A program made the translations under genes and the position numbers. From NCBI GenBank assembly GCA_041697335.1, contig JBGUGD010000025.1, positions 32,001-96,000 of the forward strand: a stretch of 64,000 bases of DNA, given 5' to 3'. The stretch comes from Vampirovibrionaceae bacterium NZW_1234 (GTDB lineage Bacteria > Cyanobacteriota > Vampirovibrionia > Vampirovibrionales > JAGQHJ01). Under the pieces are notes generated by a model that was given only the letters and a program-made list of their open reading frames with translations, was not told where the DNA came from and searched no databases. Within the stretch, counting starts at the first letter, position 1. The number at the start of each line of letters is the position of its first letter. Below are positions 41,720 to 52,100 of the stretch, in pieces.

Positions 41720-42514
41720 ATGCCCCACGTCGCTTTACGTTTTTCTGCCCATTTTATTCAAACCACGGCCCGAGGCCTGAAACTGAAGCCGGAGGATGAA
41801 AAGCTTTGGCATGACACCGAGTTTTTCAGTCCGGGGTCATTTTACCGGCATCTTGGCGATCTGCGGGAGGACATGCCTGCCGGGACATCGATTTTCTCCA
41901 ATGCCTGCTCCACCGGGGAAGAGCCGCTGTCGGTGGCCATGATGCTGGTGGATCGCTTTGGCCCGGAAAAGGCAAAAGAAACGACCATTCATGCCATGGA
42001 CATTGGTGAGCAGGCCGTCCGCCAGGCTCAGAGTGACACGGTCTATGTCAACCACCAGGAGCGCCTGAATAGCCGAGACTGTTTATCCGGGGATATTGCA
42101 GACTTCCTGGATCCGATTGAACAGCAAGAGGATGCCTCTCGTCCCATATTACAGTCCAACAAACCGGCACAACCCCACCGCCTGAAGCCATGGTTTCGAG
42201 ATATACTGCGCAGTGGGCTGCTTCAGGTCAAACGCGGCGATGTGCGAACGGATTTGGCTCCCCCGTCGGATCAACCGGCCATTGTCCTGTTTCGCAATGC
42301 ATGGCACTACCTCAAGGACAAAGAGCGCACGGATCTGATTGGCAAGCTCTTTCAAACATTGAAATCCGGCAGCGTCATCGGGGTCGGCCATCTGGAACAG
42401 CAACGTTCCGGCGAATACGCCACCAAGACACGCCAAAGCACCGTGGAGTTGCTGGAGCGCGGTGGCTTTAAACCGATGACCAAAAAGAACCCGGTCTTCT
42501 TTGTAAAACCCTAG
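41720..42514 (+). CDS. CheR-like SAM-dependent methyltransferase
   Basis: SNACSTGEEPLSVAM, IHAMDI, LFRNAWHYL. Confidence 0.85.
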   Translation: MPHVALRFSAHFIQTTARGLKLKPEDEKLWHDTEFFSPGSFYRHLGDLREDMPAGTSIFSNACSTGEEPLSVAMMLVDRFGPEKAKETTIHAMDIGEQAVRQAQSDTVYVNHQERLNSRDCLSGDIADFLDPIEQQEDASRPILQSNKPAQPHRLKPWFRDILRSGLLQVKRGDVRTDLAPPSDQPAIVLFRNAWHYLKDKERTDLIGKLFQTLKSGSVIGVGHLEQQRSGEYATKTRQSTVELLERGGFKPMTKKNPVFFVKP

Positions 42515-42547
42515 AAGAGACGATTCACATCCGAGTTCTATTAGTTT

Positions 42548-42913
42548 TTATTTCTGTTGCGATGGCGCCGATTTGGACGGATCCTCGGGAGCCGTTATTG
42601 CCGGAGTGTTTTCCGGTTTGCCTGAGCACCCGGCCGACCGCAATGCCGCCCAAAGGGCGCCCCCAATGGCGGTCGAGGTAATGAGCCCTTTGACCGTAAA
42701 GAACAGAATGGCCCAGGGACCGTATTTCTTGAGTCGCTGCTTCCACCGTGAAGGTTGTTGGGTGGCTTCAGTTGGTGCTTGGGGTGAAGCTGCAGCAGGC
42801 GGCGTGGATTCCGGCTGAGGACCTTGTGGGGCCGGGTCATGCCCAAATCGGGTGGTTCGTGAACACCCATAGCCTATGCCAACGGAGGATGATAGTGTCG
42901 AAACATTTATCAT
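42548..42913 (-). CDS. small membrane-anchored hypothetical protein (TRFGH)
   Basis: GGAGG RBS at end of upstream gene; LKKYGPWAILFFTVKGL TM segment. Confidence 0.7.
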   Translation of the reverse strand: MINVSTLSSSVGIGYGCSRTTRFGHDPAPQGPQPESTPPAAASPQAPTEATQQPSRWKQRLKKYGPWAILFFTVKGLITSTAIGGALWAALRSAGCSGKPENTPAITAPEDPSKSAPSQQK

Positions 42914-42920
42914 GACGGGT

Positions 42921-43388
42921 TTAGCCTCCTTGGGTATGCTTCTTGGCCATTTCAACAATGACCACCCGAATGGAATCCAGGCGGTTTTTGGCCTCGTCCT
43001 GGGACATATTCTTATGCTCGGCATCCAGACGGTACGGACGCCCTTTGAAGGGAATCCACTGCACGAATTTGGGGATTTTACCCGCCGCTACCAGCAGTTG
43101 CCGGAGTTCTTTCACAAAGGTATCCAGCCCTTTGAACAGGGGTTGAAATTCGCCCTTGGTCAGAAAGATCGAAAGCTGATCGTGTAACGCCAGTCGCCGA
43201 TGCTTTTTATTGGGTTCCTTGCGCCGCAGTTGATCGATAAAGAAAAAGGCATCGGTATTCAGCTTGTCAACCAGGACGTGCTTCTCCAGAAATTGCGTAT
43301 AAAACGCCTTGTATTCCTCCGTTGCAATGCCAAACCGAGGGCGGACGTTCCGAACCGGAGCCGGATCCAGTGTTGCTCGCATCGCCAT
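42921..43388 (-). CDS. hypothetical protein (PRFGI)
   Basis: AGGAGAGG RBS; 155 aa. Confidence 0.8.
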   Translation of the reverse strand: MAMRATLDPAPVRNVRPRFGIATEEYKAFYTQFLEKHVLVDKLNTDAFFFIDQLRRKEPNKKHRRLALHDQLSIFLTKGEFQPLFKGLDTFVKELRQLLVAAGKIPKFVQWIPFKGRPYRLDAEHKNMSQDEAKNRLDSIRVVIVEMAKKHTQGG

Positions 43389-43627
43389 AAGTCACCTCTC
43401 CTAACCTACTTTTATTACCGAGAAAGACTCTAGATCAAACACACGTGGAAGTCGACCGAGGAGTTTTTATGATGCAATATCGGGCGATTTAATTATTTTT
43501 TCTGAGAGATCATGAAAAACATGGTCTATTTCTTAAGCTGACTTATTTAAATCTTAAGCGTATTTAAAAATCAAAAGCCCAGGTTTTTATCCTAGAAATG
43601 GCTGGACAGTACATTGGAGGGAAAGTT

Positions 43628-45481
43628 ATGGGCTGGTTTACGCATGGGTTCACAGGTTTGTCTGGAAATCAAGAACTGTGGGGCAACATAGCCACAAGCC
43701 GTGGGGAAGCCGACAAGAAAAAAAAGAAAGATAATACCTATTCGGCACGTCAGGACTATAAAAGCAATTCGGCCGTCAAATTATTGGAGTTGGATCACGA
43801 CATTGAAAAGTTGGCGCAGGCGTTGACGCAAAAAAAAGCATCCCAACAATCCATTGCCGAAGACTTTAATAAGACCGGTAAATTGCCGGAAGAAGTCAGA
43901 TGGGACGTTTTACGCGAGATTCTCAATGATCCGCAGGTCAAGGCGAAAACCGACGCGATGATGAAATTGGAATCGGAACTGGACACCAGTAATCAAGAAA
44001 AATTTACCGCCACATACCAAGCCGAGCTATGGGAAAAATTGGTGAAAGAAAAAAAGGATCAGCCCTTAGACCAGATTTTAAAGGGGTTTCTGGAAGAAAA
44101 ACGACAAATACAAGCGGAAGCGCCCAAGCGGCGAGAAGCCCTGGAGTTGGCTAACGTGAATTACGCCAAGGCACAGAAAGAATTTGAAGCCGCCCGAAAT
44201 GCCATCCCTGGAGACGAATGGTTCAATAACCCCGAGCGTGCGCGTGAAAAAATAAAGCCTCAGTCTGAGAAGTTAAGTGAGGCCACACGGGATCGGACTA
44301 TGGCGCAACGTGCAGTCATTGGTTCTGGGCTAAGAAAGACAGCCATTGAACGTGTGGAAAAAGAGTTTGCCGGTCGGGTTCTAAATGCTCCTGCCGACCA
44401 GAAACGTGAGCGTATTCAAGCTGTGCAAGACGGTTTTGCTTTAGAAATAGAACAAAAAGAGAAACAAACGCAGAAGATCTCTGACGCCCTTCAAGCCCAA
44501 TATAAAGCGTTTGACGAGTTCCAGGCTCAACGCATGAAAATTATTCGTAAATTGGATAAAAATGAAGCGCTGACACCGGAGGAACGAGCTTTTACAAAGC
44601 CATTTCTGGAATCGTATTTCCCCAAAAATATACAGGGGTTAGAAAAAGAAAAGCGATTTTTGACCGAGGCCAAGGGCTGGGTCAAAGACGGCAAAATCAA
44701 CGATTTACGCTTAAATGCCGATAAGCCCAAACAAGCCTGGCCGAAGAATTTTGCCGTGGCGACGGCCACCGGCCAGCGTCATATGGCTTGGGGAGGTTTA
44801 TATATGGATTCGGTTTTCAACCATTTGAAAACGGAAAAGAGTCTTCCGGCTGCCATTCGAAAAACAGAGCAGGCCAATAGTATCATCCATGATGTTGAAC
44901 GCAACGGCACGCCCCAGGGCAAAGCCTATCAGGTTCCCGTGTCCTCTACACGTCCAATAGAGGGGTGGAAGGTTTTTGGAGAAGAGAAAACACTGCCCCC
45001 GAGAAAGATACTCTATATTCAAGGGGGTACCAATCCCAATGAAGATCCGGCACGATTCAATCGGGAATATGCGGCCTTCGACAGAAATATCCGACATCAC
45101 TTCGGTCCTGCCGTGGAAATCCTTCGAGTCAAAGAACCCACGTTCAAGCAAGTGGATGAGGCAATAGAATTCCTGGCAAAAACCAGCGATGACAAAACCG
45201 AGGTCATGATTTTCATGTCCGGTCATGGCAGTGCTTCAGGCTTAGAGGAAGGGCTCACAGAAGAAGACAAGCTCAAAGAAGGCAGCCAAATCGGTTCATT
45301 TATGCTGAAAGGCCCAAGTAAGGACAACCCCAATGGCGAATTCCTGAGTGAGACTCACCTGAAGCAGCTGACCCAAAAACTGGCTCACTGTAAATCCGGG
45401 TTAATAATGATCGACAGCTGTCACTCCGGGGCCTGGATTGCAAAAGACACACCGAGAAAAACCACTGTACAGCCTACGTAA
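43628..45481 (+). CDS. caspase-family (C14-like) protease with N-terminal coiled coil, apparently permuted
   Basis: IFMSGHG and MIDSCHSG dyad motifs; GGAGGG RBS. Confidence 0.8.
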   Translation: MGWFTHGFTGLSGNQELWGNIATSRGEADKKKKKDNTYSARQDYKSNSAVKLLELDHDIEKLAQALTQKKASQQSIAEDFNKTGKLPEEVRWDVLREILNDPQVKAKTDAMMKLESELDTSNQEKFTATYQAELWEKLVKEKKDQPLDQILKGFLEEKRQIQAEAPKRREALELANVNYAKAQKEFEAARNAIPGDEWFNNPERAREKIKPQSEKLSEATRDRTMAQRAVIGSGLRKTAIERVEKEFAGRVLNAPADQKRERIQAVQDGFALEIEQKEKQTQKISDALQAQYKAFDEFQAQRMKIIRKLDKNEALTPEERAFTKPFLESYFPKNIQGLEKEKRFLTEAKGWVKDGKINDLRLNADKPKQAWPKNFAVATATGQRHMAWGGLYMDSVFNHLKTEKSLPAAIRKTEQANSIIHDVERNGTPQGKAYQVPVSSTRPIEGWKVFGEEKTLPPRKILYIQGGTNPNEDPARFNREYAAFDRNIRHHFGPAVEILRVKEPTFKQVDEAIEFLAKTSDDKTEVMIFMSGHGSASGLEEGLTEEDKLKEGSQIGSFMLKGPSKDNPNGEFLSETHLKQLTQKLAHCKSGLIMIDSCHSGAWIAKDTPRKTTVQPT

Positions 45482-45863
45482 CCACGTCACGAGGATGTTG
45501 GTTTAGGCCGACAATCGATATGCCATTGGAACAGGGCTGGTCCGATCGTATTGTTGTTGGGCTTGTTGTAAGTTGGCTGCAACGCTGTTCTGCTGCACGA
45601 GCAAGCCTTGCAAGATTTGATTGAAAGACTGAAGTCGACTATCAATGCCGAGATTCATCCGGCTATACGGATCGGTGCTTTGACTCAGGGCCAAGAGTCC
45701 GTTGAAGCCGGTACCAATATATTTGCTTGGTTTGCGACACTCCGTAAGTCTTCGAAACATCGAGTTGCATTCATAAAGAAATGTTTCAGCCCGACGTGTT
45801 GATGAGCACACATCCCGATTCAGGAGCATTAATCCGGATACCTAAAAATTGGAGAATACTGAG

Positions 45864-46433
45864 ATGACGATTCCTGCCTCCCCTCGATTTGGATACGGCT
45901 TGCTGCAGATCCATCCGTCACAACAGAACTATACATTATTGCAGGTTGTAAACGATCTCAAGACGACCACCGTGGATAATGACGGTTTGTATGTATACGG
46001 TTTTCATAATGATGTGCCTGCCTTGGCGGATGCCCTCAAGGTCAAACCGGATCAATTTAAACATCATCCCCATGGTAACTCCGATTATTATCTGCTCCAG
46101 GTCGATTCGCCTGAAATTCGTAAACAGGTCCAAAAACTAAACGCCGCGGTTGAATCCGGCCAAGAACCCTCGGCCCAGGATGTTCAGACCTTGCTGACGC
46201 TGGCCAAGAAAAAACTCGGCGTGAAGACATCCCTTTTGCCGAGATGGGCACAGCGCATTCTGTCGCCTATAAATGGCCATGGCGCTTCCGAGACTCCACA
46301 ATGGCTACAAAACGTATTTGATTATGCCTCCTGGAAGGCCAAGCCCGAGAAAATGGGACTCAACGATGGGTTTACTGACAAGAAAGGTTGGGAAACCAGC
46401 AATCTGCGCTGTCTCTATCCGGACATGAAATAG
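45864..46433 (+). CDS. hypothetical protein (PRFGY)
   Basis: GGAG RBS; 189 aa. Confidence 0.78.
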   Translation: MTIPASPRFGYGLLQIHPSQQNYTLLQVVNDLKTTTVDNDGLYVYGFHNDVPALADALKVKPDQFKHHPHGNSDYYLLQVDSPEIRKQVQKLNAAVESGQEPSAQDVQTLLTLAKKKLGVKTSLLPRWAQRILSPINGHGASETPQWLQNVFDYASWKAKPEKMGLNDGFTDKKGWETSNLRCLYPDMK

Positions 46434-46635
46434 TTCCAGCCAATCCGGACAGGGGCAATTGGATTCTCTTTGAAGTACTGCGTTTCTGGACGACCTGATA
46501 ATGTGAGGATCACCGGGTCGTTCATTGCAATATAGATCCCAAGGATCTGATGAGGGTACGTCATGGGATGGCGTCTCTGGTATACTGCTGTCGGCACCGG
46601 GTGTGTCGGTTGCGTCTGTTCGGAGTGTCGTCAAC

Positions 46636-47082
46636 GTGTGCGGTGGTTTTTCCTATCAGCCCAAAGAGGCCAAAACGGGCCACGAAACGCCCAAGAAAAT
46701 CTATTTCCCCATTCCCTATGCCCAGATCCCCATTCTGTCCGGGGACGGCGATATTCGTATGGTGCAATGGGGCAAACGCAAAGGTGAGGATGAGGAATTC
46801 GATGTCCCCCAAACCGGCTGGGCTCGCATCGAGAGCCTGGTCGCCCATAAATGGGACAAATATCATCCCAGTCGTGTTCGTATTCCTGCGTTAAGCTGGA
46901 TGGAGAAAGATCCCGCACGTGACTCCCACTGGTTTGATTTGCAGCCGGATCAGTATCTGCTGGGTGTTAAAATCGAAGTCCCGGAAAAAGCATTTGTGTA
47001 TGTGGTCACGAAACCGGCCACAGAATGGTTTAAGCCCATCCACGATCGGGAACCCATGGTGGTCGGTCCTGAACAATCCTGA
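46636..47082 (+). CDS. short SRAP (YedK/HMCES)-like protein
   Basis: GGAG RBS then GTG start giving M-C-G-G; WG, ARIES, WME, IHDREP motifs. Confidence 0.75.
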   Translation: MCGGFSYQPKEAKTGHETPKKIYFPIPYAQIPILSGDGDIRMVQWGKRKGEDEEFDVPQTGWARIESLVAHKWDKYHPSRVRIPALSWMEKDPARDSHWFDLQPDQYLLGVKIEVPEKAFVYVVTKPATEWFKPIHDREPMVVGPEQS

Positions 47083-47324
47083 CACTCCCATGGATTTCAG
47101 ATCAGTTTTTATCGATACACCCCTACTTTTGGGGCCACTTTATCTCGTAAAAAAGCCTGCTGCGCGTATATCGAGAATTAGCATCAAAAGCTCGCCAGCG
47201 AGTTGGGTTTTAGGATGTATATCTTAACCAAATATTAATAAATCTTTAGAAACTATCACAGATATGCTTAATGATTGTTTTTCTATCAATAAGAGAGAGT
47301 TAGAAGTGAAAGAATGTTTTTGTC

Positions 47325-48458
47325 ATGACCATGAATCCGTTATTTTCGTACGGCTCAATGTCTCCCGGTAGCTATGGCTACGGTGGCGGAGGCTATGGTG
47401 TCCCTACCACAGGTTTATTACCCCCCATTGTTTTACCCCCGTCGTTTGCACTAGGCAAACCTACTGGCGTGTCTTACTCTGGTGGCTTTGGCGATCCCTT
47501 CGGGGGAGCTTTCCTGGGTGGATTTACCGGTGGTCTGTTAGGCAGCGGTTTTCCCATCGCGCCCAAACCGGAGCCCTATTATTCCTATCCAACGAAGATG
47601 CCGGGTTACGGTCAACAGTCCCAGACGCAATTCATGCAATTATTCCTGGTACTTCTGTTAACCCAGCTCCTGGGCGGTAAGATTGGTGGGCCAAGACCAG
47701 TGCCCGTACCGACACCAACTCCGGTACCCGTACCCACACCGACCCCGGTTCCCGTACCAACGCCGACTCCGGTCCCGGTACCGACACCGACCCCGGTGCC
47801 TGTACCCACACCCACGCCGGTACCTGTACCTGTGCCGACACCAACTCCAGTGCCCGTACCGACTCCAACGCCGGTACCTGTGCCGGTGCCGACGCCTACT
47901 CCGGTGCCTGTTCCTACTCCCACGCCGGTACCTGTGCCCGTGCCGACCCCAACCCCGGTGCCGACTCCATCTCCAACACCGAGTCCGACACCAACGCCAG
48001 CTCCAACCCCGACACCCGTTCCTACGCCAAGTCCGGTTCCCGTGCCGACGCCCCCGCCACCACCGCCTTATCCAACGCCGGTCCCCGTACCGACACCTCC
48101 GCCGGTGCCGCCGATTCCATCGCCACCGCCATTACCGACGCCGGTCCCTGTGCCGACGCCACCACCGGTGCCGCCGATTCCGTCACCACCACCATTACCA
48201 TCGCCGGTTCCTGTGCCGACGCCTCCGCCGGTGCCCCCGATTCCATCGCCACCGCCGTTACCGACGCCGGTTCCTGTACCGACGCCTCCGCCGGTGCCCC
48301 CGATCCCATCGCCACCGCCATTACCGTCGCCGGTTCCTGTGCCGACGCCGCCACCCATTCCACCGATTCCGTCGCCGCCGCATCCGCACCCACATGTGCC
48401 GATTCCGACGCCGCCCCCGGTACCACCCATTCCATCCCCCCCTCCTTTCCATAAATAA
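47325..48458 (+). CDS. Pro/Thr/Val-rich repeat protein
   Basis: Gly-rich N-terminus, hydrophobic helix, then PVPVPTPT and [19 protein letters not shown] repeats with varied third codon positions. Confidence 0.85.
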   Translation: MTMNPLFSYGSMSPGSYGYGGGGYGVPTTGLLPPIVLPPSFALGKPTGVSYSGGFGDPFGGAFLGGFTGGLLGSGFPIAPKPEPYYSYPTKMPGYGQQSQTQFMQLFLVLLLTQLLGGKIGGPRPVPVPTPTPVPVPTPTPVPVPTPTPVPVPTPTPVPVPTPTPVPVPVPTPTPVPVPTPTPVPVPVPTPTPVPVPTPTPVPVPVPTPTPVPTPSPTPSPTPTPAPTPTPVPTPSPVPVPTPPPPPPYPTPVPVPTPPPVPPIPSPPPLPTPVPVPTPPPVPPIPSPPPLPSPVPVPTPPPVPPIPSPPPLPTPVPVPTPPPVPPIPSPPPLPSPVPVPTPPPIPPIPSPPHPHPHVPIPTPPPVPPIPSPPPFHK

Positions 48459-48732
48459 AGACAGAATGACGCTGCCAATACCACTTCCGGTACTGGCAGC
48501 GTCTCTGTTTAAGGGCAAAGTAAGGATTTAATTCTTTGAGGCAGTACTTCTGACGGACAATATTTTAAGCACTTTCAAATAAAGAAGGTGTAAGCCCGCT
48601 CCGCAATTAAGAACGACCCTGCTCACTAGACTGTCAGTCGGAATACGCAATTTTGACTTTCGGTTCGTGTTTACACGATTACCGATGAAACACTTTTCTT
48701 CGTATTACCAGAACGGAATAAGGAACGCACCC

Positions 48733-49116
48733 ATGCAGCTTAGTCCGCACCATGATGGAACCCGCTTCAGAGGACAGTTTCAACATATTCCCCTTACGGG
48801 CTTTTTCCCGGAGGGCGGGGATCACCCTGGAGAAGTTACGCCACCCGAACGTTTTATCCTACCCAACGGGCAACGTCGCACCACGCGCCAGGAACTGGAC
48901 GACATTCGAGACAGCCTCATGGATGGGGTTAAAGATGGCATGGAATTTCGGATTGAAGTCGATGAGGACGAGAAGACCCGGGAAGTCTGGGCCCGTATAA
49001 CAACCAATCCAGGTAATCCCGCTCCACCCCCTGATTCGCGTGATGTAAATGCATTAGATACCCGACTTGAGCAAGAACTCAAGTCACGTCGGATACCGTT
49101 CAACTACCTTGCCTGA
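48733..49116 (+). CDS. hypothetical protein (TRFRG)
   Basis: AAGGA RBS; 127 aa. Confidence 0.7.
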   Translation: MQLSPHHDGTRFRGQFQHIPLTGFFPEGGDHPGEVTPPERFILPNGQRRTTRQELDDIRDSLMDGVKDGMEFRIEVDEDEKTREVWARITTNPGNPAPPPDSRDVNALDTRLEQELKSRRIPFNYLA

Positions 49117-49125
49117 GGTCCAGAT

Positions 49126-52100
49126 TTATTTCAACTCAACAATGGTGAGATTCAAGTCCATGTATGAGCGGTCGCCGAAGGTTGGCACGTCATTAATGTC
49201 CCAGCCTTTTAAGAAATAACCTTCACCAGCTTTGTGAGGGGCTTGTCCCGTCCCAAAGCCTTTATCCAGGCTAACCCAGCGAACTGCTTTTCCATTGGCA
49301 TCGCGAATGGCAACTGCCTTATGGCCTTTACCTACGCTACGGGTCATCGTTCTATCAATACTCCAGCCTCGAGAAATAAAATAGGGTTCTAAATCCTCGA
49401 GCTTCTTCGGCAAGTGATCTGCAAGTCTGCTTTCCATTTTTGCTTTGGCGGTTGCCAAGTCCGTTCCAGGCTCAAACTCCACAGGCTCATAGGCCGATGG
49501 ATGCTTGGCCTGTTCCATGGCTTTGGAGGCTTTGGCATTGAGATATACTTTATAAATGGGTGGCTTGCCGCCAGGTTGCGGGATTTCGATAAGAATACCG
49601 CCACCGTTACATGTATCCACTACTTTACCTCCTAAAGCCTCGGCCAGCTCTTCTTTTGTATAGTTTTCAGATAATTTGCCAGACTTTTGCAGGTTTTTGT
49701 AAAGCCCTTCAGGCTTTTTCAAAAATTCGATACGCTCCTTGTGCTTTTCGGTAAATTTCTCATACCGTTCATACGCTGTTTTAACCTGTTTGTTAGCCTG
49801 GATTACTTTGGTCTGGAGTGTTTTATCTCCAGGGGTTTTGTTCAGGTCTTCAAGAGCTTTTACTCGTTGCTGCTCGGCATCCTTGATGTCTTTCAGGATA
49901 CTGTTAGCATCCTTCGACAAATCAGCTAAGGCCGGGTCGGTAAGGACCTTCTCTACCGCTGCAGTGCGACCATTCTGAGCCTCTTTGATTTCGGGGATAA
50001 TTTCATCTCGAATCATTTCCAATTCATTTATTCTGTCTGTATTGGGTTTCGGCTTACTTTTTTCGGCTTCAATCAGCTCGTTTAATCGGGAGACGGTAGC
50101 CATTTTTTCCTGAACAATGGCCTCACTTTCCATATATGAATCCCGATAAGCTTTGGCGGCTTGGTCGTATTCCATGTGCGCCTTATCAACCTTACGTTGG
50201 GCTGCTTCAATGGCCTCAAAATCAGTTCCTTCCAAAGCCTTTTCCAAAGCGGCCTCCGCTTCTTGGAGCTCTTTTGCCTTGGATGCCACATCGTTTTGCA
50301 ACTTCGCCGATTCATTCACACGGGCTTGGGCCTTTTCATCCTTCAGCTTAAAGGCCCGATAATGATCGGGAACGTGGCCATTTTCATGAAAGCCGTCATG
50401 AATGCGTACCTTGCCGTTGGCTTCACGAGGCAATTTAATAACAGTTGTCGCTTTTCCAGTAGCATCCACCGTGGTTTCAATCGAGGGGTGCTGTAACCCA
50501 TCAACTGCCTCATATTTTACATTGTCCAAATAACTGTCCGGAATCCCTTCTTTGCGCAACTGGTCTTTGAGCTGGCTTTTTAGAGGTTCCAGCAAGGCCG
50601 GGTCTGTTATTTCGCCGGGCTTGACGTCATGCCACAATTCATCGGCAAGATCTGCCGCTTCCTCATTGGGACGGATTTTATTGGTCGACATCGTTTGAGG
50701 TTCTGAGACGGAAGGCTTGTATCCTTTGGCAGCCGGGTCAACCATGGATACTTGGCGGTTCAGGGCAGGATCCATAATGACCTTGCCATTGGGGGTGTCT
50801 ACTTCCAACCATGTGTGGGGTTTCATCTTACCATCCACCAGGGCTTTACCTTTCACCAGTGTCGACTTGATTCCAGCCTGGTCCAACATGGCTTTGGTCA
50901 ACATGGCTTTGTGATGAGGTGATCCGGATTTTGCGTCCATGAATTCACCCAAGCCTACTTTTTGTCCGGCTTTGGCCTTACCCATTGCATCGGCCTTGGT
51001 GGATTCCGGCATGTACTCGTTTACCTTGTCCATAATGGCTTTGGTCTTCTGAGCGTCCGTTAATGCCGGATTGTTTTTTACGTTTTCCGCATAATCCAGT
51101 GCTTCTTTCACCTTGGGATGATTTGGATCAAAGGTTGTGGTTTCCCGTTCTTTAAGTCGTACGGGAGCATCTTCAAAGCCTTTTTCCAAGGGTGCTTCCA
51201 TGCGTTGTTCCAGCTTGAACAGTTCCGCCTGGCTAGGCTTGGGTGCCCCGTTGGCAATAGCTTTTTGCCGCACCAACTTAGGCAGATGTGCGACCTGTTC
51301 GGGCGTCATCTTGGCAAAGTTCTCTTTGGGCATCTCCATCCAAACTTCCGTTGGAATTTTGGCGACGGCCTCCGGCTTCAGATTGGCAAAGGCTTCGGGT
51401 GAAATTTCCTTGGCCACTTCCGGCGTGAGCTTGCGGGCACTGCCTGGCGTCACGGTTTTGGCGGTTTCCGGTGTCAAGGCTTTGGCCGCCTCTGGTGTCA
51501 ATCGAGGATTTGCCTTGGCATCATACAGCTTGTATCCAAGCTTGCCAGCGCCTTTATAGGTTTTACCCATGCTCTTCGCCAGTCCGGCTCCCATTTTAAT
51601 GTCAATAATGCCGTCGGCCGCCTTGCTGAGAGAACGGTCAAATTTCTCCTGGTCCCCATCCCGGATGGCTTCCAACATGCCAATGATGCCTTCATAAGCT
51701 TCTTCAAGGCCGCTCGATACCAGGTGATGTGCAGTCTTGACACCATGTACCGGGTTTAAGAAGCATTTCAGAATTTCTTTCGCCGTGCCTTCCGGGTCCA
51801 GAATAAACGGCGCGATGACTTTGGTCACAAAGCTCACTGCAATATTCTGGGCGGCTCTCGGAATCTGCTGAAGCTCTTTGGGCATGGGTTGCTGGTTCAG
51901 CCACTCTGTAAAATCATTAGCGCCAAGCATTTCCATCAGTCTCTGAACTTCTGGACTGTTTGTAGCATCCTTTGCTAAATCGCTCAGCCCCAGATCGGCT
52001 GCCCATTTGTCCAGCTTGGCATACATCTCATCCAGGATTTTTTGTTTTTCCGGATCGATTTTTAGCGGCGGTAACATTTCTTCCGGCGGTTTCATGCCCG

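Noticed and set aside
45503..45829. Gln-rich minus-strand ORF
   Set aside because: Possibly real, but no clear start or motif.
47683..48531. Arg/His/Cys-rich 282-aa ORF and Gly-rich antisense ORFs
   Set aside because: Alternative frames of the Pro repeat gene.
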